In this document: piece by piece, positions 54,331 to 64,000 of the stretch
How the letters are laid out: each line of letters begins with the position of its first letter
Position numbering within the stretch: the stretch's first letter is position 1
From: Candidatus Undinarchaeota archaeon
GTDB lineage: Archaea > SpSt-1190 > JASMDC01
Direction of reading: 5' to 3'
NCBI GenBank assembly: GCA_964519305.1
Contig: CAZFHY010000001.1
Coordinates: 378,132 to 442,131, forward strand
Length of the DNA: 64,000 nucleotides
Made by a program: the position numbers and the translations under genes
Notes under the pieces: model-generated
Told to the model about the DNA's origin: nothing
The model's database searches: none
What the model saw: only the letters and a program-made list of their open reading frames with translations

Positions 54331-55910
54331 ACCTCCTTGTCGGTCCTACGTACGTGCACACACACGAACACAGGACCACGAACGTCGATGCGCCGTTTTT
54401 TCCCGCGGATGAAGTCACGGGCCAATGGATCGATGGTGACATTCACATCGGACGCGCCCTTGGCCATCCGCACCTGAACCATGACCTCCCCCTCATCCTT
54501 CAAATCCCTTTCGGCCCGGACCGCGGCCAGGGCGGTCACTGCGTCAAGGACGGTTATCCCCGTTTCCACGGCGTCGGCGGTGTCGTTCCCTTCAGGCACC
54601 GCGCGTACGCTGCCATCACGGACAACGAGGCGGTTGCGGGCAGCTGGCCCGAGCAGACGGGCGCCCTCTTCGGTCTCTGTGAGCGATACCTCGACGGGTA
54701 CGCCGGCCAGTTCGCCCTTCCAGGCCTTCACCGTGACGGGGCCGGGATCGTCGGCGTGCTCCCGTGCCGTGGTGGCCACGGCCTCTGCCATAGCCTTGCC
54801 GCTCTCTGTGGCAGGCGCCTCGGTCAGGTTGACCATGCCCGCCAGTTCCTCGTCACTGAACGATAGCTCACTGTGGAACTGCGGGTACATCAGCGCGCGC
54901 ACGTCGGAGGCCCCGGTGGCGAGCATTACTATGCGCTCGATACCGAATCCAATATTGAGCACGGGGTACTCGATACCGTAGTGGGCGAGAGCTACCGGGG
55001 AGTACATCCCGAGGTCCGCGATCTCCACCCACCCGACCTCGCGGCTGAATCCGAAAACCTCTACTTCCATGTCGGGGGCGTAGTACTTGGAGGTTGCGGC
55101 CTTCACATCGAACCGGAGCTTCTTGAATCCCAAGGGCTTGAGCACCTGGCGGGCCAGTAGCTCGCCGTCCTTCATGCCGATGCCCTCGGCCATGATCGCG
55201 CACGAGGCACCGTAATGGGCCCTGAGGTGAGTGGCGTCCTCCCGTTGTTCACGGCGGAAGCGTAGGCCAGTAGTGAAGAGCTTCAGCGGGGGTGGCCGCT
55301 TCTGTGCGAGCTCTGCGAGTGTGAGGAACCACGGCGTGGTCATATGGGAGCGCAGGGTCTGTCGTGAGGGGACGGGAGCGAGCTCACGGAAGGATGGGAA
55401 GAGCGTGTCGATGATACGCGTAGCGTCCTCGTTCCGAAGGCCCATACGCGAGACCATCTCTTCGACGAAGTCGTCACCCTCCACGAGACCTTTCTTGTAG
55501 TCGCGGAGCAGGGTCTGGAGGCCAGCAACGTCGTTGAAGTCCGGCACCAGTTCCTTCAGGCGCGCCACGGTGGCATCAGGGAGGCCGATGTCGGGCCGTG
55601 GAAGACCTGCTAGGTAGAAGCAGCGGTCGAGGATTACCGATGCCTCAGGACCATATTGAGCGAACACGTCGCCTTCGTCGACGATGACGGGATTGACAAT
55701 CTCCTCGAAGCCCAGTTTCAGGAAGATCTCCCTAGCCTGCTGAATGGCCGCCATCACAGGATGTTCGTTCCCGGGGCCCTTCATACCCAATGCCTTGAGG
55801 CCAATGCCTTCCTCAGCACCGCACTCCTTCAGGACCCGGGCACCCTCCAGCCAGGCGTCCTCGAAGTCGTCCTTTGCACGTGCCCGTAACCGCTCCACAT
55901 CGAAGAGCAT
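54327..55910 (-). CDS. sepS: O-phosphoserine--tRNA(Cys) ligase
   Basis: QYGPEA..ILDRCFYLAGLPRPD.G, LRSHMT, FRREQREDA.HL, SKYY, G.YSPVAL.HY, IDVRGPVF. Confidence 0.95.
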   Translation of the reverse strand: MLFDVERLRARAKDDFEDAWLEGARVLKECGAEEGIGLKALGMKGPGNEHPVMAAIQQAREIFLKLGFEEIVNPVIVDEGDVFAQYGPEASVILDRCFYLAGLPRPDIGLPDATVARLKELVPDFNDVAGLQTLLRDYKKGLVEGDDFVEEMVSRMGLRNEDATRIIDTLFPSFRELAPVPSRQTLRSHMTTPWFLTLAELAQKRPPPLKLFTTGLRFRREQREDATHLRAHYGASCAIMAEGIGMKDGELLARQVLKPLGFKKLRFDVKAATSKYYAPDMEVEVFGFSREVGWVEIADLGMYSPVALAHYGIEYPVLNIGFGIERIVMLATGASDVRALMYPQFHSELSFSDEELAGMVNLTEAPATESGKAMAEAVATTAREHADDPGPVTVKAWKGELAGVPVEVSLTETEEGARLLGPAARNRLVVRDGSVRAVPEGNDTADAVETGITVLDAVTALAAVRAERDLKDEGEVMVQVRMAKGASDVNVTIDPLARDFIRGKKRRIDVRGPVFVCVHVRRTDKEV

Positions 55911-55963
55911 CGGTGGAACGGGGCACGATAAAGGATATAAAAGGATGGATGGACCCCTCGGTC

Positions 55964-58003
55964 ATGGGTGTTCTCGCATCCCGTGCGGCACCTGCGCTCC
56001 TCCTCCTGCTACTTCTATTCAATCCGGTATCGGCCGCAGAAGCTGTGCTGGAGGTACCAGCCGTGGGCGACGGTGGTGCGGGCGTGCTCGTACGGATGCA
56101 GGTAACGGCAGGCCCCGGATCGGGCCAGGTGTCCATCGAGGGTATCGATTCGCCCGACAACACGACTCTCGTTGCTGCCGAGGACGCGGTCGCAGCGCTC
56201 CGGACAATTCCCGGGCTGGACCCTGACGTTCTGAACGTCATTATTGCCTTTGATCCGCGAGGACCACTTGTAGCCGGACCTAGCGCAGGGCTGGCCATAG
56301 CGGCAGGAGTGGTCGCTGCCGTCCAGGGATGGGAGCCCGCGCAGGGAGTACACGTCACAGGCAGGATAGAACGCGACGGTTCTGTGCGACCTGCTGGTGG
56401 GATCCTCGCAAAGGCGCGGGCCGTGGCCCTCGCCGGCGGACATACTCTCCTCATCCCCCCGGACCAAGGACATGAACGTGTGACGGTACCTACCGGCGCA
56501 GGAGATGCATCCGTGGTCGTCGACCTCGCAGCACACGCTGCCGGTAAGTGGGGTCTTACCATGGTCGAAGTGATAGACCTTGCCACCGCTATTACCTATC
56601 TGAACGGCACGCGTGGACCGGAACGTGTCGCGCGGCCAGCACCCCCTGACATATCCCTGGTATCGGCCGATCCCCTGAAGGACATGGCGTTCCATCTAAT
56701 CGATGTCGCTAGCGTCCGTGCGGACGAGGTGGCTGGGCTCGTACCCGCGCAGCTCGGTGACGAGCCGACGGGGCCACGACTCAAGTCGGGCCGGGACATG
56801 GTCGACCAAGCCCGGAACAAGGTCGCCATGAACGCGACCTACCTAGGTGCCAACGATGCGTTCCAAGCGCTCGTCGATGTAGAGCTGCTGAGCATGCTCG
56901 CCACCTACTCAGCGACGGCCTACCCTGAGAGCATGGTGCTGTCGTGGCACGAGCGTGCAGAGGCGGAGATAGCCCTTGCCAACAGCACGGTCCCCCACCA
57001 TCTGCTCGCGGATACCGGTGCCTTGGAATGGGTGCTCGCAGCACAGTTGCGCATCGCGTGGGCACGGGCCCATCTGCGCGCTGCGGGCGACGATCCTCTG
57101 GACGTCGCGTACGCGACAGCAGGCGTCCATGCTTGGTCAATAGTCATCACGGACCTTGCACAGATCGCAGTTGACCGGGCCACGGGCGACATCCTGCCAC
57201 TCGAACAGGACCGGCTGGTCGAGCGTGCACGACAGCTTCAGGGATTGCTCGTGTCCCACGTTGCCCTTGGCCATGCTCTCGGGACCGACCTTCATGGAGC
57301 GGAAGCACACCTGCTGTCCTCACCTTTGCTCACCGAGCAGGGTCTCCATCTGGCAGCATTGGTCGACGCTTCCCTGGGTCTAGCACGGATAGAGGCAGGG
57401 GCCGTGAACAGCACCATTGCTCAGCGCGAGGCGTCGTTACTGGTCGAAGCGCTAGACGGTCTGGGAACGGATGATCCGACCGCCTACTGGGCACGCGCAA
57501 TGCTCCATGCTTCTCAGGACAGCTCTGCTCCCGTGGACAGCTTCCTTCATGCACGGACTGCCAGGGCGTTCATCGTGCTCCCACGGACAGCGATCACCAA
57601 TGCGACGTATCCTGCTGACCTTCTTCCGCCAGAGCCCTCCCTCCCCCCTGACTTCCACCGACGTGCCTGGGACCGCCTCGAGCAGAGGTTCGGGAACCGT
57701 ACACGTCTCCCCAAGATGGGCATGGGCACACGCAGTGACCAGGGCCGAGGCCTGGCCCTCGTGGGGGGCGTTGCAGCACTGCTCTTCCTGATCACTCGCA
57801 CTTCAGGGACCACTGATAAGAAGAAACCGACACCACACGAGGTACGGGAGGCCCGTAGGCGGGCTCGCGCAGCAGGTCTCGCTGCGCTCAAACGGAGCCG
57901 GCAGGACGGCCTCATCGATGACCGGACCTTTAAACGTTTGCAGCGAGAGCTCGAGACCGATGTGCGGCAGGACCAGGAGGTGAAGAGCAATGGGGACAGA
58001 TGA
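55964..58003 (+). CDS. Secreted/membrane-anchored Lon-like S16 serine protease (archaeal COG1750 type)
   Basis: GPSAG catalytic Ser, GG...K dyad Lys, signal peptide, C-terminal TM; ATG ~28 nt after TATAAAA. Confidence 0.82.
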   Translation: MGVLASRAAPALLLLLLLFNPVSAAEAVLEVPAVGDGGAGVLVRMQVTAGPGSGQVSIEGIDSPDNTTLVAAEDAVAALRTIPGLDPDVLNVIIAFDPRGPLVAGPSAGLAIAAGVVAAVQGWEPAQGVHVTGRIERDGSVRPAGGILAKARAVALAGGHTLLIPPDQGHERVTVPTGAGDASVVVDLAAHAAGKWGLTMVEVIDLATAITYLNGTRGPERVARPAPPDISLVSADPLKDMAFHLIDVASVRADEVAGLVPAQLGDEPTGPRLKSGRDMVDQARNKVAMNATYLGANDAFQALVDVELLSMLATYSATAYPESMVLSWHERAEAEIALANSTVPHHLLADTGALEWVLAAQLRIAWARAHLRAAGDDPLDVAYATAGVHAWSIVITDLAQIAVDRATGDILPLEQDRLVERARQLQGLLVSHVALGHALGTDLHGAEAHLLSSPLLTEQGLHLAALVDASLGLARIEAGAVNSTIAQREASLLVEALDGLGTDDPTAYWARAMLHASQDSSAPVDSFLHARTARAFIVLPRTAITNATYPADLLPPEPSLPPDFHRRAWDRLEQRFGNRTRLPKMGMGTRSDQGRGLALVGGVAALLFLITRTSGTTDKKKPTPHEVREARRRARAAGLAALKRSRQDGLIDDRTFKRLQRELETDVRQDQEVKSNGDR

Positions 58004-59675
58004 TCACACTCCCCTGAATCGCGATGCTGTAGCCCTGCTCATCCTCATAGTAGGGATAGTCGCTTTCGACCAGCTCTACGCTACCACTTCCTGGGGCACC
58101 CCCGTGTTCGCCGACGTGGCAGTGGCCGACCTCCGAGGCGTGTGCAGCGAAGGCGTCCTCAGAACGCTCGAGCTACGGCCCCTCCCGCCACTACCCGGCC
58201 TCACCTACCGTATCAGAGTCAAGGACAACGATTTCCTAGAACGTGAGCTCAGCACCACACCCGGAATGCCCGGAGGCACGGTCCGGCTCATGCTACCCGA
58301 TCCCGTCCTAGCGGGTCAGGGCTTCATCCTCACGATGCTCGACCAGGGCGGTGCCATCGTGGGCGAGACGTCCGTACGGCTCCCCGCATCCCTTCCGGAC
58401 GGTAACGTGGACCTGGAACCATGGCGGATGGGAGGAGTAATCAGGGCCGAGCCCGGGCCTCCCGCCACAATGGACCACCCAGGCCAGGTGGAACCGAGCA
58501 CTCTCTCCCGGCTCGAGGGGGCCATCATCGCACTCCTGCTCCTGACGTTCCCCGCCCTCCTGATCGCTGCACGTCGCGAACTCCTGGCCGAGACGATGGG
58601 CGAGCACCGCCATCACCTCGTGCTCCTGCTCCTGCTCGCCGTGTTCGCCACCGCCGCCCATGCTGCGTCGGACCACTACCAGGGCACTCAGCTCCTGAAC
58701 GCGAACCAGCACCTGGGGATCATCAAAGGGCTCTTGGCAGGTGAGCCCGTGGCGCTCGTGTACGAGACGGGCTATTACGCGATAGGGACCATCTGGTTCG
58801 CTATCAATGGGATAGGCTCACCCGTCGAGATGGAGGCGTCAGGCATGGTACTAGGCCTGTGCCTCTCCTTGGCGGCCCTGGCCGCCGTGTACGGCGCGAC
58901 CGCGGCCATTGCCCGTGATCCCGATGCAGGCCTTTGTGCTGCTGTGCTCTTGGCGTGCACTCCCCTCTTCCTGAAGTACGCCATGACGGTCCAGCGGGAC
59001 ATCGCGTCCACCGCCTTCGCTGCGATGGCCGTATGGGCGGGTGTGGTCCACCTCCGCCGGGGCACGGACCTGAGCCGCTGCCTGACCGCTGTTTCCCTGG
59101 CGCTAGCGGTGTATACCGTTGCCATCAATATCCTTCTCGTCCCAATCGTGTTCTTAGCTATTGCGACCTTGAGCGCCTCTCCGCGTCGTGATGCCCCATG
59201 CGCGCTCCTATTCTTCGTGGTGTGCGTGGGCCCCATCTGGCTGAAAGTGGGAGGGTCCATCGCTGCGGTCGGCGCTCCGTACTCACTGGACACGGCCTAC
59301 ATCGCCCGCAACACGGGCTGGCTCGCGGCCTTCTGGCTGGGACTGTGGCACCACTCCCTGCTCCTGTCCGTGCTCGCTCTGAGGGGGACCACCGTGCTGT
59401 GGCAACGTGACCGCCGCTCGACGCTCGCCCTCGTTGCCTGCTTCGCGGTGTTCTTCGTGTTCCTGGCCGCGAACCGCGTGAGCATAACCTTCTGTGACCA
59501 GGACAGGCACCTGCTCTACTCCTATCCGTTCATGGCAATGGCCGCGGGCGTGGGATTACGCAGCCTCGTCCGTGGACGGCCTCGAGACCTCGTGGTATGG
59601 ATAGTCCTTCTCTACATCCTGCTGGTGCACTGGAACGTTGCCCTAGGGCCGCTGGACGTCCGGCGGTGCATCTAA
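57990..59675 (+). CDS. GT-C fold membrane glycosyltransferase-like protein
   Basis: Multi-TM, P....Y.....D loop, DRHLL..YP; adjacent to GT2 and radical SAM genes. Confidence 0.6.
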   Translation: MGTDDHTPLNRDAVALLILIVGIVAFDQLYATTSWGTPVFADVAVADLRGVCSEGVLRTLELRPLPPLPGLTYRIRVKDNDFLERELSTTPGMPGGTVRLMLPDPVLAGQGFILTMLDQGGAIVGETSVRLPASLPDGNVDLEPWRMGGVIRAEPGPPATMDHPGQVEPSTLSRLEGAIIALLLLTFPALLIAARRELLAETMGEHRHHLVLLLLLAVFATAAHAASDHYQGTQLLNANQHLGIIKGLLAGEPVALVYETGYYAIGTIWFAINGIGSPVEMEASGMVLGLCLSLAALAAVYGATAAIARDPDAGLCAAVLLACTPLFLKYAMTVQRDIASTAFAAMAVWAGVVHLRRGTDLSRCLTAVSLALAVYTVAINILLVPIVFLAIATLSASPRRDAPCALLFFVVCVGPIWLKVGGSIAAVGAPYSLDTAYIARNTGWLAAFWLGLWHHSLLLSVLALRGTTVLWQRDRRSTLALVACFAVFFVFLAANRVSITFCDQDRHLLYSYPFMAMAAGVGLRSLVRGRPRDLVVWIVLLYILLVHWNVALGPLDVRRCI

Positions 59676-59677
59676 GA

Positions 59678-60775
59678 CTATCGTCCGCTAACAAGGTCGC
59701 GAAGCACGCTGGCCGCGACACGCGGGTACTCTCTTGGCGAGAACACGAGGCTCGAAAGGATAGCGCATTCCCATGTGCACGTGCACTCGCCGACACGGAT
59801 CGATCTGAGCACCTCCGTCGCTTTTTCCGAACCCAGCACACGCATGACATCGTAGCCATTGTCCCGGAGATTACCGAGGGATACGTTCAACGGTTCACAC
59901 GGCAGGACATCACCGATGTCGGTGATGACGATCCCCCGCTGCCCGGCCACACAGGGCTCGCAGCGGTCATCCTGATCAAGCCTGGCGAGCGTCCTCTCCG
60001 AGGTCAGCCTGTAGAGCGAGCGGAACGCCCATGACTCGGGTTCGCTGTTCAAGTCCCGAGCCAGCTCCGCTATCCGGGGCAGGAGCTCCCGATATCGGTC
60101 CCTGGAGAACGAGAGGGTGGCTGGATCGCGTACGTTCCCTCGCACCAGGGTTATCCCGTTCGCATCCAGGTCCATGCGACGCGCCTTGTACGCCAGCACC
60201 TCCTCGATCACGTCCTGGTTCAGGGCGGAGAAGGTCGTACAGCTGGAGAGCGTTATGTTCGGGTACTCGTGCCTCAGCTCGTCAAGGAGGTCATAGGTGT
60301 GTAAGGCCTTCTCGAAGCTGCCTGGAACACCCCGTATCTCGTCGTGGAGCTCGCCGATGCCATCGATACTGACAGACATCTTGAACACGGTACGCGGGCA
60401 CGATTCGCACAGTTCCCTGACCTGACGCTGGATGCGCTCAGGCATGAGGCCGTTGGTCGGGTAGGTAACCTGCGGGATACGGTTCCGCCGGTAGAAGGCA
60501 CGTACGATATCCACAAGGTCGTCGCGGAGCGATGGTTCCCCACCAGATAGGGTCAGCTGCTGTATGTGGCCCAAGCTCTTGGCGATCCGCTCGTACTCCT
60601 CGATCGCGAGCTCGTCACGCGTCCCAGTGTCCTCGGCGAGCTGCCAATTGAAGCACATCCGGCAACGGGAGTTGCATCGTCCGGTCACGAACAGGACTAT
60701 GTAGGTGGGCTTGCGAGCGGTAAAGGTCCGAACGGCGTTCGTCATTCGCGTAGCAATGCCGTAGGGCAGCGTCAC
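59678..60775 (-). CDS. Radical SAM protein with SPASM/twitch domain
   Basis: CNSRCRMC, GGEP, SIDG, C.AG...G.V.PC, C.C...C. Confidence 0.92.
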   Translation of the reverse strand: MTLPYGIATRMTNAVRTFTARKPTYIVLFVTGRCNSRCRMCFNWQLAEDTGTRDELAIEEYERIAKSLGHIQQLTLSGGEPSLRDDLVDIVRAFYRRNRIPQVTYPTNGLMPERIQRQVRELCESCPRTVFKMSVSIDGIGELHDEIRGVPGSFEKALHTYDLLDELRHEYPNITLSSCTTFSALNQDVIEEVLAYKARRMDLDANGITLVRGNVRDPATLSFSRDRYRELLPRIAELARDLNSEPESWAFRSLYRLTSERTLARLDQDDRCEPCVAGQRGIVITDIGDVLPCEPLNVSLGNLRDNGYDVMRVLGSEKATEVLRSIRVGECTCTWECAILSSLVFSPREYPRVAASVLRDLVSGR

Positions 60776-61758
60776 GATGGTTCACACCGCCCTTTGGACC
60801 GCGTGATTACTTCGGGTAGTGCAGCGACCGCACCGATAACTCCACCCACACCTGCAGTGGTCGTAAGAAGGTAATCTAGTGGGATTGTAGCTAAAAGGAA
60901 GGGAGCCCCCCGTTCCCGTTTGATGAACGCGAAGACCTCTGCCCTGCTCGCACCATACACGGTAAGAAGGGTGAGAATGCCTAGAGGGGAACGGGCGATG
61001 ACTGCGAGAGGTGCGGTTGCGGCTGCTAGGGCCCCGACGCTGTGGACGATCGTGAGCTCGCTCTTGTCGAAAATTAAATCGTGAGAGACGATGAGCCGGG
61101 CTGAGCCGTAGCTGCGGGAGAGGTACTTGCTCAGAGAAGCGAGTAATCCGGGCTCCCTGTGTCGACCCCGGATAGCACGCCGAACCCTTACGCGATATTT
61201 CTGGTTGACACGCCTACCAAACTCTTCATCCTCCACGATTGCATCGGAGTACGAGGTATCGAATCCGCCGAGTTCCTCGAACACGCTCCGCCGGATGGCA
61301 CCGCATCGCGTGTGGAACGTTATATGGAAGTCGTGCTCCGCCATTTTCTCCGTAAAGTGCGCATTGCACAGGGCACGGTACGTCGGAACGAATCCCTCAT
61401 TGAACGGCTCCTTCTCAGTGACGCCCTGGCACGCCATCATCTCGGGATCGGAGAAGGCACCCTGGACACCTCTGAGAGCTCCGGGGGCCAGGATCATGTC
61501 GGCATCGATGAAAAGGAGCAGGTCACCTTTAGCCCGTTCCGCACCATCGTTCCGGGCCGCTGCCGGCCCTTCGCGTTCATCCTTCCGGACGTATTCACAG
61601 GGGAAATCACGGGCGATCTCGGCCGTTTCATCCGTGCTCGCGTCATCGATGACGATTACCTCGTACTCCCCTTCGGAGGTGTTGGATGAGAACACGGCCT
61701 CAAGACAAGCGCGAAGTGTCGCCCCGCCATTGTGGACGGGGATGATGACGGAAATCAT
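60772..61758 (-). CDS. GT2 family glycosyltransferase
   Basis: ISVIIP..N, DD.STD, GPAAARN, DAD, GGFD, ED.E; C-terminal TM. Confidence 0.92.
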   Translation of the reverse strand: MISVIIPVHNGGATLRACLEAVFSSNTSEGEYEVIVIDDASTDETAEIARDFPCEYVRKDEREGPAAARNDGAERAKGDLLLFIDADMILAPGALRGVQGAFSDPEMMACQGVTEKEPFNEGFVPTYRALCNAHFTEKMAEHDFHITFHTRCGAIRRSVFEELGGFDTSYSDAIVEDEEFGRRVNQKYRVRVRRAIRGRHREPGLLASLSKYLSRSYGSARLIVSHDLIFDKSELTIVHSVGALAAATAPLAVIARSPLGILTLLTVYGASRAEVFAFIKRERGAPFLLATIPLDYLLTTTAGVGGVIGAVAALPEVITRSKGRCEPS

Positions 61759-61829
61759 ACCCCTCAAGCTTGCTTGCACGAAAGTAACAATTTAAATGAT
61801 GTCCGCTACCGACGGCATCGGGAAGAGCT

Positions 61830-62495
61830 ATGAAGTACAAGACCGTCGCCATCCTAATCGCCCTGGTCCTCGTGGCCGGCTGCGTTGACACCAGCGAGCT
61901 CGAGGCCAAGATCGATAGCCTTGAAAAGGAAAAGGAAACCCTGACAAAGTCCAAGGACGACCTCACGAAGGAGGTCGCGACCCTTCGCACCGATAAGGAC
62001 ACGCTGAAGGCCGACCTGGACGACTACAAGGCCAAGTACGACGATGCGGCGGCGAAACTGGAGAGCTACCAGTCGGCCGTGCTCAAGGTGACCCGGTCCG
62101 CTACCAAGGACATAGAGAACGGTAGGAAGATCGGGGAGGAGTACGAATGCAAGGACCACGCCATCGAAGGTAAGTTCGTGCTCAACAACACCGGAAAGGC
62201 CATGGCCAAGGACATTAATATCGTGTTCGGCGCCAAGGTCGGAGAGGTCGTTCTCTGGTCCGAGGAGAAGGAGCTCGAGGACATCGACCTTGACTCCGGC
62301 CAAGAGATCCGTATCGAGACCAAGCCCGATGAGAACCTGTGCGACGCTTTCGCCGTGGATATCGACGAGGCCTATCTCGTGGTCAAGTTCAAGGATGAGC
62401 GCGCGACCCCCGCCAACTACTACAAGTTCCAAGTGGACAAGGCCGGGGAAGAGTCCGAGCTCACCGGCGAAGAGGCTGCCGAGGGCGTGTTCTGA
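61830..62495 (+). CDS. Putative lipoprotein with N-terminal coiled coil
   Basis: Lipobox LVAGC followed by heptad repeats. Confidence 0.75.
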   Translation: MKYKTVAILIALVLVAGCVDTSELEAKIDSLEKEKETLTKSKDDLTKEVATLRTDKDTLKADLDDYKAKYDDAAAKLESYQSAVLKVTRSATKDIENGRKIGEEYECKDHAIEGKFVLNNTGKAMAKDINIVFGAKVGEVVLWSEEKELEDIDLDSGQEIRIETKPDENLCDAFAVDIDEAYLVVKFKDERATPANYYKFQVDKAGEESELTGEEAAEGVF

Positions 62496-62561
62496 ACACG
62501 TCCTCGCCGTCCCCTTTGATCGAGGGTAGTTATTTATTCCGTGAGGTCCACCTGTAACAGC

Positions 62562-64000
62562 GTGAAAGCAGCCCGGGCACTATTGGTAGTAATCTGCCTG
62601 CTGCTGCTCTGTACAGCGTTCAATGATGCGCTGGCCCTTGATGAGGGAGGTGACGCGTTCAAGCTCAAGGTCGTCACCAAGGACCCCTGGGAGGGAATGA
62701 TCGACGTTGACATGGCCAGCCTTGCGTCCGACGGTTTCATCATCGATGTCCCAGAGGATTACACATTGGACGCGGTATACCTCGATGCCACTGAAGTGAT
62801 CACGCTCCTTCATGGTGAAAAGGAGTTCACCACAGGTGAGATACCGGTCACCATCCCCGATCCGGTCCCCGGGAAGCGTATCTTACTGAAGCCGATCCCG
62901 GGCTCACTTGATGAGGGTATTCTCTTCCTGCTCATGCCCGAGGGCTCTGAGAACAATCCCGCGTTCATTACCGAGATGACCTTCCCGGTTTGTACAGGTG
63001 CTACGGGAGCGTTCACGCCCGACTATACAATTCGCTCCATTCCGATAGGTATAATCTCCAACATTTCTGACACAGAGGACAAGTTCGCGGTCCATATCAC
63101 ACCTGAAGGTCTGAAGGAGGTGCTGGCCGCCTTCGACCATGACACGATATCAATAGATGCTTCTGTATTCTCGTTCGAGCTCACTCGTAACTACTTCACG
63201 CCCGAGGCGCCATGTAAGATGTGCTTTCTCCGCTGCCTGGCAGAGTGCGCCCCATGCGAGGAACCATGCAACAAGGAATGCGATCCATGGGCGTTTGGAT
63301 GCAATAGAAGAGGTGCGGTGTTCATACCTGAGGAAGAGGCGTGCCAGGACTGCATCTTCGGAGAGAATGAGGAGTGCCGCATGTGCTTAGGCCAGGCATG
63401 TAAGAACGAGTGCTTTGGAAAAGAGAAGCGGCCACTCACGGCCACGATCGAGCGTCATGACTGCCTTCAGGACAAGGGCGTCACCTGTCCGGGGTGCGCG
63501 GGGCAGAGCTTGGTGAACGACACCCTTTCCGTAACAGGGGACGGGACCGAACAGGAGATTATCATCAACGCGGTCGAGGATGTCGATGGCACCCTTGAGT
63601 GCGAGCTCACATACAAACCACCGCCAATCTCTCATCTGAATCCCAAGGGATATGTGAACTGTGACAGTGAGACATGCACGAACTCCTCAAAGTACACGGC
63701 GACCATGAAGGCCATCAAAGGTGATATACGCTTCTCATTCCTTTTCGGTCTCCCCGAGGCTACAGAGAACCTTGTCGCCCAGATGCCGTTCTCTTATACG
63801 TGCATGGACCCCTCCGTCCAGAAACCATGCCTGAGCACGGTGAAGGCCGCCATCCCGTGCCCACCCGAGCCGCCGTTCAACGCACCTCCGGATGTAAAGA
63901 AGATGTATGGAGATTGTATCAACAGGGTGGACCGGCTCTCTGAGCTATGCTCCCACTCCATCCTCTCCCAAGAGATCTGGTTCGAGTTGTTCGTCACAAG
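62562..64000 (+). CDS. Large secreted Cys-rich protein (3' truncated; absent from the supplied ORF track)
   Basis: GTG 62562 ~30 nt after TTATTTATT; signal peptide VKAARALLVVICLLLLCTAFNDALA; frame reads open to the window end by manual translation; CxxC/CxxxC cluster. Confidence 0.75.
   Translation, partial: MKAARALLVVICLLLLCTAFNDALALDEGGDAFKLKVVTKDPWEGMIDVDMASLASDGFIIDVPEDYTLDAVYLDATEVITLLHGEKEFTTGEIPVTIPDPVPGKRILLKPIPGSLDEGILFLLMPEGSENNPAFITEMTFPVCTGATGAFTPDYTIRSIPIGIISNISDTEDKFAVHITPEGLKEVLAAFDHDTISIDASVFSFELTRNYFTPEAPCKMCFLRCLAECAPCEEPCNKECDPWAFGCNRRGAVFIPEEEACQDCIFGENEECRMCLGQACKNECFGKEKRPLTATIERHDCLQDKGVTCPGCAGQSLVNDTLSVTGDGTEQEIIINAVEDVDGTLECELTYKPPPISHLNPKGYVNCDSETCTNSSKYTATMKAIKGDIRFSFLFGLPEATENLVAQMPFSYTCMDPSVQKPCLSTVKAAIPCPPEPPFNAPPDVKKMYGDCINRVDRLSELCSHSILSQEIWFELFVT

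Noticed and set aside
59678-60775. Radical SAM/SPASM as a RiPP maturase working with the TldD proteases
   Set aside because: It is coupled to a GT2 gene and faces a GT-C gene, with no adjacent precursor peptide or PqqD/RRE domain. Glycan or lipid modification is more parsimonious.

Overview
High-GC archaeal chromosomal segment from what is probably an uncultured lineage. Archaeal markers include SepRS, Trm11, a PAC2 proteasome chaperone, TrmB, PolB2, and BRE/TATA promoters that often give leaderless starts. It is gene-dense with about 70 CDS. I found no tRNA, rRNA, CRISPR array or transposase. Recognisable loci are a polB2 three-gene operon, two ABC-exporter operons, a trm11-rnz-PAC2 operon, three divergent TldD metalloproteases, pepT, a GDH homolog that has lost its catalytic residues, sepS, a glycosylation/radical-SAM cluster, and many Cys-rich secreted orphans. 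The strongest unexplained signal is at 266-746, directly downstream of and co-oriented with polB2. It is a tandem array of three ~110-nt structured non-coding units, each with its own minus-strand TATA box about 30 nt upstream of a G. They share a fold, an invariant GCUGCCACCACCGC element, a variable apical loop and a pyrimidine tail. Other signals are a shared ACTACT-N4-AGTAGT palindrome in front of three dispersed genes, a 21/22-bp-phased ATGGTTTC array, TldD paralogs with ~100-aa insertions, and a Cys-stapled helical-repeat surface protein. All family assignments come from motif recognition by eye; no database searches were run.
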